Source: Acanthaster planci (lineage: Eukaryota). From it: a DNA stretch of 64,000 nucleotides. A model generated the notes under the pieces. It saw only the letters and a program-made list of their open reading frames with translations, ran no database searches and was not told the origin of the DNA. The stretch covers positions 1,981,599-2,045,598 of the forward strand of contig NW_019091360.1 of NCBI RefSeq assembly GCF_001949145.1, in the 5' to 3' direction. Every line of letters starts with the position of its first letter. The stretch's first letter is position 1. Made by a program: the position numbers and the translations under genes. Of this stretch, positions 49,671 to 62,287 are shown piece after piece.

Positions 49671-49940
49671 CAGGGTTCCCCCTGCCTGGAAAAGTCACGG
49701 AAAATCGTTTTCGTTCTCATAGCATTTGAAAAAATGACTAAAGTCATGGAAAAGTCATTGAAATTTTCAAACAGTGTGTGTGATTTCTATTTTTAGAAAT
49801 AACTGCATAAAATGTGTGATTTTAGTCACAACTTTCAAGTCCAAATAGTCCAAGCAATTGCGTTATTGGGTCGTGAATTTTCATAATTTGGTCATAGAAA
49901 AGTCATGAAATTTAATTGTCCTTTAGGTGCAGGAACCCTG
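49671..49940. mobile_element. hAT-like MITE with AAAGTCA subterminal repeats
   Basis: TIR CAGGGTTCC / GGAACCCTG; flanks TATGT and TACAT; a related decayed copy at ~52185-52535. Confidence 0.8.
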
Positions 49941-50280
49941 TACATTATATGCAATAAGATAACTCAGTGTAACAGATTTTATTCAAATTTAACTTGCAAA
50001 AGGCTTCCTTGATACATGTAGATCCTTTGCATGAATGGTAATTGGTAAACTGGGGCTTGATACATTCTTATTTCCTGATATTGTAACAATTTATTTTCCA
50101 TCTAATTAACCCAAACCCATCCATAAACATGCACCTCTCCCAGTCTCTGGCTTATATCAGTAACCACCAACTTCTCTCCACCCTCTCTCCTTAAGTTCAC
50201 CTCCAATAGCTCCTCCCTCCCCATCCAAGGTACATACTGTGTGCTCAAGTTCCACCCTCCCTAAGTTCCGCACTCCTTGC

Positions 50281-50560
50281 CCAAGCTCCACCTTGTCTCC
50301 TTAACTCCTCTAGTTCTACACTCCCCACCCAAGCTCCACCTAATTGTGTCGTGAACTCAACTAGCTCCACACTCCCCGCCCAAGCTCCACCTTGTCTCCT
50401 TAACTCCACTAGTTCCACACTCCCCGCCCAAGCTCCACCTTGTCTCCTTAACTCCACTAGTTCCACACTCCCCGCCCAAGCTCCACCTTGTCTCCTTAAC
50501 TCCACTAGTTCCACACTCCCCGCCCAAGCTCCACCTTGTCTCCTGAACTCCACTGCCTCT
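50281..50560. repeat. 48-bp minisatellite, ~6 copies
   Basis: Unit CCAAGCTCCACCTTGTCTCCTTAACTCCACTAGTTCCACACTCCCCGC; it explains the 16-aa repeat ORFs in the track. Confidence 0.95.
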
Positions 50561-51454
50561 ACCCTCTCCATTCAAGGCTCTGTGCTCAAGCTCCACCTGC
50601 CTAAGCTCCACCCTCCCAAAACTGAGCCCAACCGCTTATTCCACCCACTTTAGGTTCCACTCTACATGCTCCAACCTCCCCATCTAAGATCCATCCTCTC
50701 TACAAGCTTGAATTTGAACTTTACTCTCCCCCAAGCTCTCTGTTTAGGAGTGAGACATCACCCTTAAATGTGTACTGTAGAAACAGTCTGAAACAGTATT
50801 GCCTCACATTTTTTCTTCATAATTCAACATGCATTTGTAATTTGGGCCGGCATTTTTATAATTGCCAGCCGGCCTAACAAAATGAGTCATAAGTCACTGG
50901 AGCCATTTTTGAGTTAAACGGCCTTGACAACAGTGTGAATTTATCTGCATAAATCTCAGTCAGCGCGCAGCCCCTCTGTTAATGAGCATTGTTGGCAATT
51001 CCATTTGCACGCGAAAACAATCTCGCAAGTATATGGGAGTTCGCGAGAAAAAATGAGAATATATGGTGTCCCTTCAACCCACCAGGAAATCTGTTGCTTC
51101 ATTTGTGGGTCGAAATGGCTTGGTGAGTAGATAGTTGACGTTTTTCACCATCAATAAAGTTCTCCGACAATTTCCCATCGATTTATTTGGACGCAAACTT
51201 GCTTAGTGTTTCTCACAAAAATCGCAGGCCTCCTCTTTTTTAAGTGCACCTGACTGTTTCGCAATAACTGGATAAAATTGAGACTTACAATTCTTCAGGA
51301 AAAGGACAGAACATCCGTTTGATGCCAAGAATTTTGCTGCCGGGCCGGGCCAATCAAAATTTTAAAATTTTATGCACTACTCACTCAGCAATCCTGGCAG
51401 TGTTTACATTTTTGCGAGACGAATGGTAAGACTGTTTCCCCAGTAAACGACTAT

Positions 51455-51545
51455 CATTCACTAGGTTTCCTTCAATGCAAAGTCTGGTTCCCTATTAAAG
51501 GACCAACATTCACTAGGTTTCCTTCAATGCAAAGTCTGGGTTCCC
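51455..51545. repeat. Local direct duplication (2 copies, 52-bp period)
   Basis: CATTCACTAGGTTTCCTTCAATGCAAAGTCTGG at 51455 and 51507; also GTGCACCTGACTGTTTCGCAAT at 51244 and 51710. Confidence 0.85.
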
Positions 51546-52794
51546 GATTTTAGTCACACACATTTACATGTATCTCTGATGTCATTTGATTGGCCAGTAT
51601 TAGAGAGAATATATGTCAATCAATTAATCACAGATAGTCTTTCATGAAATACATATGGCAGTTTTCTTGGTTAATCTCACGAAGTCTAAACCTGCGATCA
51701 ATATTTTGGGTGCACCTGACTGTTTCGCAATGACTTGAGAAGTAAAAATTTATTGTTTGGCTGGATATATGACATATCTATCTTCTGCTGTCAAGAAAAA
51801 ATTCTTCCAGCCCAGATTTGGAACTACTAAAACCAGTTATTTTGTACCCTCATTTTTACGCACGAAAGCCTACGTTTACGGCTAATATCCTTCAAAAGAG
51901 ACTGCGAATATTTGTATTTTTTACAAAGGACACGAGACTGATATTTTAACTATACATTTATGTAAAGATATTTCATTCTTAAAGGTAACACAAGGTGGTA
52001 TACACTTTAGAAAAGTCCACAACATAGCTCATTACATATGCATGAATCAGATAGCCGTGCATACGTAGCAAATGAAAGGAGCAGTTTTTACGGGTGCTGC
52101 GCACTAACTTATCTTCAAAAAATTTCGCTCACGTTATGCGCATCTTCATTAATTTTGCAAACTGTGAGAAGAAAGAAAGAAGAAAATGGAAAATCCTGAA
52201 AAGTCCTGGCAAAAGAGTTGTACTGGAAAATTGTGGCAACTTGGGGTAAAGAAGGTGTCGTGGAGCCCTGTTTTCAGTGAAAAAAGTCATGGAAATAATA
52301 AAAGAGTTATTTCTGATTGGCAGCGTTTGTGGGATAACGGAATAATAATATACTTACAGGCTATCCTTGTCAATCTATAGTAGTCTATAGTCTAATCTAT
52401 GATAGTTTTCTACATGTAGTTTATACAACCAAACAACATTTCTCTGCAAAATAGCATTAAATGTCATAGAAATTGTCATTTAGTCCAGCAAAGTCCTGGA
52501 AAAGTCCTAGAGTTCGGTTTTCAGATTTCTGTGGCAAATTTGCAAAGTAACAGTGTCCCTATGTGGTGGGAAGTCACCCCATGCTTGTAAATGTTCATGT
52601 GTGCTTGATGAGGGATGCACTAAATGAATGTGACACATTTCTCTTGGAATGTACGTGCACCGGCAGGTACTTTGAGCCCAGTCAAAATCTGCCCACTAAC
52701 CTGTCACATCTTTGCCAGTGAACTGGTAAAGGGGTACATCTAATCAGAGTGGACTACATTTTAGTTTCTCATTTCATCTTCTTTTTCTTGTCAG

Positions 52795-53044
52795 GAAGGG
52801 GAGTAGAGATGGTCCCAGTGCTAGTCGACCCAAACTTGCAGAGGCTGAGCCGGTCTACTCACTGAACGACTAACTGGCCAACATGTATAACTCCCGTACA
52901 TGCAAAGTGTGCCTGAACCATGTCAAAGTCTTCCGTCCTTGTATATGGTCACATGATCTGTTGTGAGCATAGCTGTCCAGAATGCTTCTATCGTCCTGTC
53001 TGTCGCGCGGACATGGCCTAGTAGAGAGAGTCGTCTTTTCCTGA
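52795..53044 (+). pseudogene. Terminal exon encoding a decayed IAP/MDM2-type C3HC4 RING finger
   Basis: Acceptor TTTTTCTTGTCAG; LND*LANMYNSRTCKVCL..VFRPC-GHMICC...PVCRAD..VERVVFS*. Contains a stop and frameshifts. Confidence 0.75.
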
Positions 53045-53054
53045 GTTCTGCTTC

Positions 53055-53735
53055 NNNNNNNNNNNNNNNNNNNNNNNNNNNNNNNNNNNNNNNNNNNNNN
53101 NNNNNNNNNNNNNNNNNNNNNNNNNNNNNNNNNNNNNNNNNNNNNNNNNNNNNNNNNNNNNNNNNNNNNNNNNNNNNNNNNNNNNNNNNNNNNNNNNNNN
53201 NNNNNNNNNNNNNNNNNNNNNNNNNNNNNNNNNNNNNNNNNNNNNNNNNNNNNNNNNNNNNNNNNNNNNNNNNNNNNNNNNNNNNNNNNNNNNNNNNNNN
53301 NNNNNNNNNNNNNNNNNNNNNNNNNNNNNNNNNNNNNNNNNNNNNNNNNNNNNNNNNNNNNNNNNNNNNNNNNNNNNNNNNNNNNNNNNNNNNNNNNNNN
53401 NNNNNNNNNNNNNNNNNNNNNNNNNNNNNNNNNNNNNNNNNNNNNNNNNNNNNNNNNNNNNNNNNNNNNNNNNNNNNNNNNNNNNNNNNNNNNNNNNNNN
53501 NNNNNNNNNNNNNNNNNNNNNNNNNNNNNNNNNNNNNNNNNNNNNNNNNNNNNNNNNNNNNNNNNNNNNNNNNNNNNNNNNNNNNNNNNNNNNNNNNNNN
53601 NNNNNNNNNNNNNNNNNNNNNNNNNNNNNNNNNNNNNNNNNNNNNNNNNNNNNNNNNNNNNNNNNNNNNNNNNNNNNNNNNNNNNNNNNNNNNNNNNNNN
53701 NNNNNNNNNNNNNNNNNNNNNNNNNNNNNNNNNNN
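53055..53735. other. Assembly gap (N run)
   Basis: 681 N characters. Confidence 1.
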
Positions 53736-56018
53736 TATCGTCCTGTCTGTCGCGCGACATGGCCTAGTAGAGAGAGTCGTCTTTTCCTGAGTTCCCTGCT
53801 TGTTTTTCCATTGGAACACCATTTGATTGTGAGGGTACGTTCCTTATGGCCAGTTCTTATTTTTGTCCTATTTTATTCAATCAGTTGTGACATAGTTTGT
53901 CAAAATTGCAAACCTTTGGGTGAATTGTCAAAATGTGTTTTTAGCAGCTCTTTCAAGCTAAACATCTTTTTAAAATAGAATTTGGGAATAAGCCACCCAG
54001 AAAAGTCAGAAATATAAATAGGACAGGATGGCGGGAAATCTTTTTAAGATTACTCATAAAAAAATTCGTTTCAAATACAAATATTGCACAATCAGTTTGA
54101 CACCAGCAATATTATGGATTAATGGTATCATGAATTTCCTGAATCTCACAATAAGTAATAAAAAAAATATTTGTTGACGTTTGATTCTTTGTAAGCTGTC
54201 CTCAGTTCTGGCTGATTTTGTGGCAATTGTAGAAAAAGTCAACCCACTGAAGTTCCTTTGAATTCTCTGCACATCTTATTTTTGGCACCTGCAGCAGATC
54301 ATCACATCTTTTGCAGAAATACCAGATAGTAAATTTTGCCGCTCATAGTTTGTGCATTGAGTGAATAATCCATTTTCATCAACATAATACAAAAATTCTG
54401 TGAAATTTCCTGAAAAATGCCAGATTTAATTAGTAGCCTACTAGGGTCCCCAAAAGAAGGATGATATGTTTTATTCGTATTTGCTTCAGTCATTTCAAAA
54501 ACAATTGAAAAAATCTTGTTTTGAAAACCATTGAAATATTCACTTTTATAATATTTACTTCCTGCACCAAAAAAGAAATGGTACTTAATAATACCGAGTT
54601 AAGCTGGAGCAGCAACCTAGTATGCGGACAGTCAAAAGATGAATGGTTCTGTTTTGTTCAGGGAAAAATATGGATTCATGCAGGGTGTTTTTCATGGAGC
54701 TAAACCTAAATACATGTACCTGCAAAGATATCTGGTAAATTGGAAATTATAAAATTTTGTGAATTAAGTCTTGTGACAGTGGACAGAGCAGAATCACTCA
54801 TACTCACAAAGATGGTTTCGCTTGGTGCCACCGCAAACCTTTTTCTTAACTTGGCACTTTTACCATGAAACAAATTTCAAATCTCACAAGCTTTGCAAAG
54901 CTCTTTGAAGTGATCTTGATGGAGAAATTCTGTTTTCAGTGGAGTTTTTGTGGAGTTTGACATTGATACAATATTTCTGTCAAGTTTGTCGGGCAAGAAG
55001 GCACTGTTTACACCTATTTTAGATTGACTAGGAATGCCTCATGTGTATGCCCCTGTTTTTTAGATTGTATTCATCTTTTTAAATCGGTTCTGAAACTTAT
55101 TCCCTCTTCTATATGGAAATACCATTTGTGCTATTGGTTGTCACAGATTCAAGTGAAGTTGTGAAGCAGGTACATGCACATACAGATTTATAGCATTTGA
55201 ATCCAGCAGCGCCCTCTTTTAGAGGTCACAGCTAGAGTTAAGGTCAGCACACTTGCCCTCACAGTTCCACTCGTCTTATGTACCTTGGTGGTATTTTTGT
55301 TTGTGTTAACAGAAATGGTGATGAAAAGAACATTCCCTATTTTAAGCTTTGTTTTAACAAAAAGAAAGAAAGACTAGGAGTTTTTAGATTCCTCGATACA
55401 AAAAGATAATTTACTATGTGAAAAAATATACTGTGTTTAAAATGTCCATGAAGTAAATACACTTGGAAAAAAGAAGAAAATAGTTGTTGGATTCAAATCT
55501 TAAATTGAGGAAAGAAGTTGCAGTATGTGTATAAAAGTCCCACAGCTTTGTGTTGGCTGTTTTTTTGTAAGAAAAATTTTAAATTGGAAGGTGATGTGCT
55601 TCAGTTCAGTTCAATGTGGACCAACCTGCTGGACTATGAAACTAAACTTTGGGGGTAACAATTGTACCACATATTTCAAGTGAGTTTGTACCATGTTTGA
55701 AAATCAGAGAAATAAAATGTATATTGACTAGTCGAAGAGCCTTCTGGGTTTCGTGGTGGCTTTTTCCCGTTGATCTGTTTGGTGTTTGATAATTGATTTT
55801 TTTTGGAGATGGGTTAGGAAGTGTTTTGCTCTTTGTTGTTGGTGTTTGAAAAGAACTTTTGCAGAACACTGCAAAGAAAAAGAGCAAAACATTTTTCAGG
55901 TTCCAAGTGCCTTACTTAATGTGAAATCGTCTCTGCTCGATTGATGTGTGCTCTTTAATCTTCACATTAATTCAAATTAATTTCGTTTTCTTCAAGCGGC
56001 ACTATGTAGACGGTCAGT

Positions 56019-56303
56019 AGAGGGTGCTTTACAGGTTTTTGCTTTTCATTTAAAATAGAGGGCGCGCTATCTAAATTTATAAAAAAGAGGGCGCTATGCG
56101 AGAAAATGCCTCGCATTTCGTTAGTTTTCAAGAGAGGGCGCTATTTAAAAAGCAGCATGTGTCGCTATTAATTAAATCAGCAGAGGGCGCTATAAAACTT
56201 TTTTATTTCTTTCTTCCAAAGAGGGCGCCATTCCAAGTATCAATAGAGGGCGCTAAATATTGGATCAATAGAGGGCGCCGTTTAAAAAATCAATAGAGGG
56301 CGC
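56019..56303 (+). repeat. Co-oriented array of AGAGGGCGC motifs
   Basis: Exact copies at 56057, 56086, 56133, 56182, 56220, 56245, 56270 and 56295; variant at 56019. Confidence 0.9.
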
Positions 56304-56591
56304 TAATATTAGGCGCGCCATTTTTAAAGAAGAAAAAAATTGTAGCAACTTCGCAACACGTGTGTGACGTGACCCGAGAAAGCAGGAAACTAAGCGGTAA
56401 ACAGGTACAGTTGTAATAATGAAAGAAGCATACAATGCTTAGTTTGGAATAGAAATTGTGTTTAAAAGGTTTGTATGTTATTTTGGCAATAAAATTGTGC
56501 CAAAACTTGGTGCCCACTGTTTTGCTTGGGCATGATACATACATGTACATGTACTGATGTAGCAATGGCTGGGCCCCACATACTCTCGATC

Positions 56592-58549
56592 CTGTGAGGG
56601 TCTTACTAACATGACTTATTACCGTCAACACACCGTCAACTCCACGAACATACAAGTTTAATCGACAAAAGAGGCATAGAAGTGTAATTCTTGGACTGAA
56701 AGTGACTTTCCAGTAGTTAGGGGTCACAAATCAATTTTCAAAATGGACTTTTTTCACACGAAAAAAAAAAGATCTCTAGCAGCCTAGTGGTTCACCGCCA
56801 TCTTGCCTGCACTTGGACTGTACCATTTTGGTGTGGGTATGAAGGAAATACCACAATCAACAGAGGGTACTAACAGCTAGCTGCAGATTGTTGGTGCATT
56901 GCTTGGATCATGTTGTGAGTTAGTATTTTGTAAATTTCAATCTTTTTTACTTGTGCAGGGCTCGCAGAATCGGTAGTCCGAAGTCCCGGGACACTAACCA
57001 AAATTTTTTGTCAGGCAATTAAATGTTCCAGGCTGCCAGCCTGACGGGCAAGCACCTGTTTTGGCAACTCATTTTTTTTCCCGGTGTTTTGGACATTTCA
57101 GCACCGCGCACTGAAAATGATTGACATCTTAATCTTGATGTTGCACGACTGTACATGTTCGGGTAGGTGCACCGTGGTACATACGGTTGAATTGTTGGCA
57201 TGAATGCAGCCCCATCTGTATTCAGTCGTTTTCCTTGTTCTGGATCGCTAAAACTATATTCAGTCATAATACAACTCAAGTATCATCAAATTCCAATGAA
57301 ATGGGGTCAGAGGTCTACCTTGTACATGTACATGTATATTTTCAAATTTTGAGCTTTTAATTTGTCTTGCAAGTGACGACAACACTTTTCCTAGTTCTGG
57401 ATCGGTTTAGCTAGTTCTGGATCACTTTACACATAAAAAGTAAACCCATTTCTCTGCCAAAACGCATTGTAACAAGCATACTTTTTCGTAAAGCAAGTCT
57501 TATTTTAAAGGGGATTAGTTTATATATTAACATGGATAGCCTGCATAAATTTTGACTTGACTTTGCTACTCAGCGAGCAGTCGACCACAAATCCCCCCCA
57601 TATGCCGCAAAGTTGACGAACCCATTATGTCACGTACAAATCTGTTACGCACGTGTAGTTGAGTTCATGACATACGTACATGTACTTGCATACGTGATTC
57701 GAAACTTGAATAATGCGCATAGAATATCTTGCGTAGTGAGTTACCCACCGACCTGTAATTTTTTCTGGTGTTGATTTTTTTGCGCTCCCGTGTTTTATGA
57801 CAAACCATCAACAAACATCGAAGCGGGAATGGAAATTTAGCCAGAATTCCTTTTCTTAAAATTTTCTGGGAGTAAAATTTGTACTGCAAGGCTTTTATGT
57901 TACCTTTCAAAAAAGAAGTCGTCTGAGCGTGTAATGCTGCAGAACAATAGCAAAAAGGTGGGTAGGCCTAGGCCTATTCATTTCAAGCGATTGGGAACTA
58001 GGAAAATGACTGTAATTACTGAAAGCTTGGAGACCACATGTGGCTAAAACTTCCTTGTCGGGCAACTGGAAATGAAGTTTGGGCAACCAGATTTAAGACT
58101 CCCCTGCCCGAAAGGCAGCAACATTTTTTAAAATTTTGCAAGCCCTGTTGTGACTACGATCACTTCCTATTGTGAAATCTGTACGTTTTGCGGACAATCC
58201 TATGTTTCTTTATCATATAATATTCCCACCCCTGTAGCTTAACCCTAACAGTCCTCAATCCTCCAACAGGTGAAGGATTGAGGACTGTGAGGGATAATGG
58301 TATGGTCCCTGCTCCCCCAGAGGCAACATGGCTGCTGATTTCGATTTTGGCAAAATTAAAACGGCAATTTTCCAGAGTTTAACCTGTTGATGTTTAGCCA
58401 AAATATCCTTTCGAACACTTTTTACTATTGAATACTGCTTCTTTTGTTTTTTGACATGTTTTGGAGGTGTTGATGCTGTGTTGACGGTGTTTTGATAGTC
58501 CATTACATGTTGATGGTATGTTGACGGTAATTAGTATGACCGTCTCGTG
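56592..58549. mobile_element. Non-autonomous TIR element hosting a nested insertion
   Basis: Left GGTCTTACTAA..TTACCGTCAACACACCGTCAAC vs revcomp of right GGTCATACTAATTACCGTCAACATACCATCAAC. Confidence 0.65.
56956..58147. mobile_element. hAT-like non-autonomous element with 5-bp TSD
   Basis: TIR CAGGGCTCGCAGAAT vs revcomp CAGGGCTTGCAAAAT; TTGTG duplicated on both sides; GGGCAA subterminal repeats. Confidence 0.82.
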
Positions 58550-59493
58550 ACACTCATGCAAAAAGTTGTTGAATGTCGACTGAATTCATTTTTGAAATCT
58601 GTTTATTTGTTGTCCCATTTGGAAACACCACTAAACCTCTTAACACCAAGGGAAGCATTTGCTGCTGAGTGACACGTTTTTGCTGCCTCTTATTATTGAG
58701 ACATGTTTCACAATTTTCAGTGTATCTTCAGTTTAGGCATGGGATGGTAGGGCTAGTCCGAGTAACTTGGACTTGGTCTTTGATGAAATTTCTCTTTTCA
58801 TCCCCAATTCTCACTTAATCCTAAGCTGAGTGCATTAGACAATTTAAGGACCATTTTGGAGGTGATTTTGAATCTGGTTAAGAGCTACATGTACAGTGTA
58901 CTTTGAGCAAAATGAATTAATGGCATTGAAAGCCTATAGAAGGTACCCCAGAACTACGGGGTATATGGGCATTTCTGGGTAAAAAAGGAAAATTGGCTCA
59001 ATTTTTTTTCACTGAGTTTTTTAATTTGGTTGTATTTTTACAATAGCATATTGACTAAAGCTATGGAAAAAAGTCCTGAACTAATCTTTTCTAGCTTTTT
59101 AACTTGAAAATTCACCTTTTGAATAGTATGTGTGTAATTATTTAGTTCTGACATATCAAAAGAACTATTACATATTCCTCCTTAAAATCCCTATTTTCAT
59201 TTTTGTGCTGGGTTAAAATTTGGATATACATGTAGTTTCAGGAGAGCATTTTCTCATTACATTTTATGACAAATTTTTCCTTTCTATTCTAGCTTTTTCA
59301 GGACAGACCCTTTGAATCAATTGATGGTGATAATGTAACGCAAGTCACACAAACAAAAAGTTAACTGTATACCAAAACCCCAGGGGTATTGAGTTTGTCA
59401 ATTAGAAACCTCCTCCTGAGTGCAACCAACCAAATGATAACAACGATAACCCTAGGTTATCTGCCTAGAATAATACATCTGGCACTGAAAGTT

Positions 59494-59651
59494 GGTAACA
59501 CGAGTCACATGTAACGCGAGTCACAGCATTTAGCGTTAGGGTAACACGAGTCGCATGTAACGCGAGTCACAGCATTTAGCGTTAGGGTAATGCAAATCAC
59601 ATGTAATGCGAGTCACAACATTTAGCGGTAGGGTAACGCGAGTCACATGTA
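59494..59651. repeat. 46-bp tandem repeat, ~3.4 copies
   Basis: GGTAACACGAGTCACATGTAACGCGAGTCACAGCATTTAGCGTTAG at 59494, 59540, 59586 and 59632. Confidence 0.92.
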
Positions 59652-59736
59652 CATTCACATTGTTGAATAAAACCAAACTGAAAAGCTTCATTTGCTTTTG
59701 AAAAAGCTGTATGCGCCGCTCTATTTGTGTGTAGTC

Positions 59737-60680
59737 ACTTTGCCCTGTGTTCACTTCGCCCCATGTCTCTTCACCCCTGACCATGTTACCCAATTGCCAT
59801 TTCGCCCCATCCCCACAAGGCCCCACCACCACATCTCCCCTAACCACTTGGCCCTGCTGCCTTTTTACCCCAGTTGTGCTTGAATGTGTTCGAAAACTCT
59901 GGCAGAATCAAGGCTTTCTAGTGGCATGGATTGACACCACGTGACAATGGATTTTATGATAAAATTGGAATAATAAAAGAAACGATATCATATAAAATGT
60001 TCATCAAAGTTTCTCCTGTAGTCTTTTATAGATCCCCTGTAGGCCTAGGCTCTGTCTTCTCTTTCATTTTAATCCTTTCGTTTGAGCCACTAACTGACTA
60101 GTCCTTCCTGTGTGAATCCCAGTTTCTCCAAACAAACTGACTTTTAAATACAGAAATAAATGTTCTAATATCTCTCTTTTTCATCCTCCTTTAGTAATTA
60201 TAATCACTTAATATAGTCAAGAATCACATAGCAACCCTAAACTTTCAATGATTATATTTTGGTGAAACTAGGCACATACCGTGTACAGTCTGTACATTTT
60301 CAGCATAGCTTCACTCCTTACAGCGCCGATGATTTCACTACATTTAGGCCTTATTGCCTGGCCACATGACTTGACTCCATATTGATAGGATGATCATGCT
60401 TATTGTAACATTTTCTTTAGCAAACTGCCTGAATTTGAATCTTTAGTTTGGCTGGGCAGATAAACTGTTGACATTGCATCCTTTAGCAGTACTCCTACGT
60501 GTAGGTTAAAACTAAACCCATACATGTAGATGTTAAGGTTTACATTGGGGGCGATGTGGTTAGGGGCAAAGTGGAAATGGGGGAAGTGGCTATGGGGCGA
60601 TGTGGTTAGGAGCAAAGCGGAAATGGGGGAAGTGGCTATGGGGCGATGTGGTTAGGGGCAAAGTAGAAATGGGGGGAAGA
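59737..60680. mobile_element. Foldback-like element with inverted arrays of short repeats
   Basis: Left arm has (T)TCGCCCC/CCCCTAACCAC motifs; right arm has three ~46-bp units GGGGCGATGTGGTTAGGGGCAAAGTGGAAATGGGG. Confidence 0.6.
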
Positions 60681-62144
60681 AACTGTAAAGCTTATATTTG
60701 AAGAACAGTTTGGCTACTCTGTTTGCACGCGTCTTCGTAAAAAAAAATTAAAAATGAATGTTGTGATTAGTGTCCCAAGCATACCGGTAATGTAGATCCT
60801 CCTGCCGTGGTGAGATTTTTTAACACTCCTACACTGTACTCTTTACCTGCTACATGTATGCACCGGTGCATGTCCTCAGGCAACATTTTTGTATCCTAGA
60901 GCCCCCAGATATGGTGCACTTCGACGTTCACTTGACTTTCCTCACACAGCATTGCCAAATGTCTTTGAAAATTTACAACTCATTTGGTTATAACTGTTAC
61001 AAGTACATGTACCTCCATGATACATGGTGTTGAACCTTTGTGAATAATTTCATTGTTATGAAATTGCATTTGAATTCCAAAACTGTCAGCATCCAGAAAT
61101 TGGGCTCAAATTCAGCCGAGTGTTCCCAATATTGTGGGGCACAATCGCAGAGAATCCTACAGAAACATTTACAAAATCATTTGAAGTTGGTGAATTCTTG
61201 TAAGCGTCATTACTTCCACTCAAATACCCAATGTCTTTTGGTCTGGGAACCAGCTAGCATTTGCAATGCTGTATGTGCTTGTGTGTGTATGCGCATGCAT
61301 GTAAGTCTTCACATCATACCGGTGCATGAGAGTTTTATTTGGGATGTTTATGACTGGAGTGAGGAATTGTGAATAGATTTTCTACAAATACGTTGCCCAA
61401 TAGCACGTTTTATTTTTTAAAGTTGCATGTATTTGGATAAATCCGGACATACCCCTGTGTTTGAATGAAATATTCCAGTATTCCAGCTACATGTATATCT
61501 AAATCTACACGTACAGTACAGCGGGTATAAAAGTACATGTATTTTTAAAAGTGTAGACAAATTTAGCCATTGTAGGGTAAATTGATAACTGAATGTTAGT
61601 CGCAATGTACATGTACATGTTTTTTAAAAGTGAAGATGTCATCCAACCTGGGCTAGTATCAGTTTGAAACTGCTCAAGGTCCAGTGGTAGGGAGGCTGAA
61701 TATATTTGGCAAATATATGTACTTTTTTACTCTTTCAACGCTAATGTTGGAGAGTTATGGTATTCATAAGAAACACTTTGATTTAAGTTTGAATTCCCTC
61801 AGTTTCTGACAGCATAGCAGTTCATTTACATGTAGCTAAGAAACTTACATGTAGCTCTAGAGCAGGATGATGCCAAATATGTGAGTTGCTAGTTGATACG
61901 CGAGTTGTTATTGTCGTCCGATTTGTTGAATACACGTACAATGTACATGTACATGTGTGCTCTATGATGATTTACAGTCTAATTTTCATCAGTTTGTTTT
62001 GCAAACTCTTGAAAAAAATCATATTTCTTTAAAACTTTACCACTTCTTGTCAAGCCAAGTTCATGTATTTGGCAAGTAAAATGCTTGTTAGAGACTTGGA
62101 GTTTCTAGCTTTGTTGTGAATTGGACTTCTTTTATATTTTCCAG

Positions 62145-62287
62145 GTTATCTAACCACCAGCATGGCTGCTTCCATGAATGGTCTACCCACTGCTCAGCAT
62201 ACAGCATACAGCATAACGTCCATCATTGGTGCTTCCTTCATCAGTACAGTATTCAGCCATCTTATGCCTGTCAGTCCAACAAAAATG
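62145..62287 (+). other. Candidate internal exon
   Basis: TTTTCCAG acceptor, open frame (G)YLTTSMAASMNGLP...SPTKM, GTAAGG donor. No recognisable domain. Confidence 0.3.

Noticed and set aside
50245..50653. Repetitive ORFs (ELRRQGGAWAGSV / NSTSSTLPAQ)
   Set aside because: Translations of a 48-bp minisatellite that is open in several frames.
52870..53822. Long ORFs of 275-299 aa in the track
   Set aside because: Artefacts of the N run.
59535..59633. TTAGGG motifs as telomeric repeats
   Set aside because: Single motifs within a 46-bp unit, not a tandem telomeric tract.
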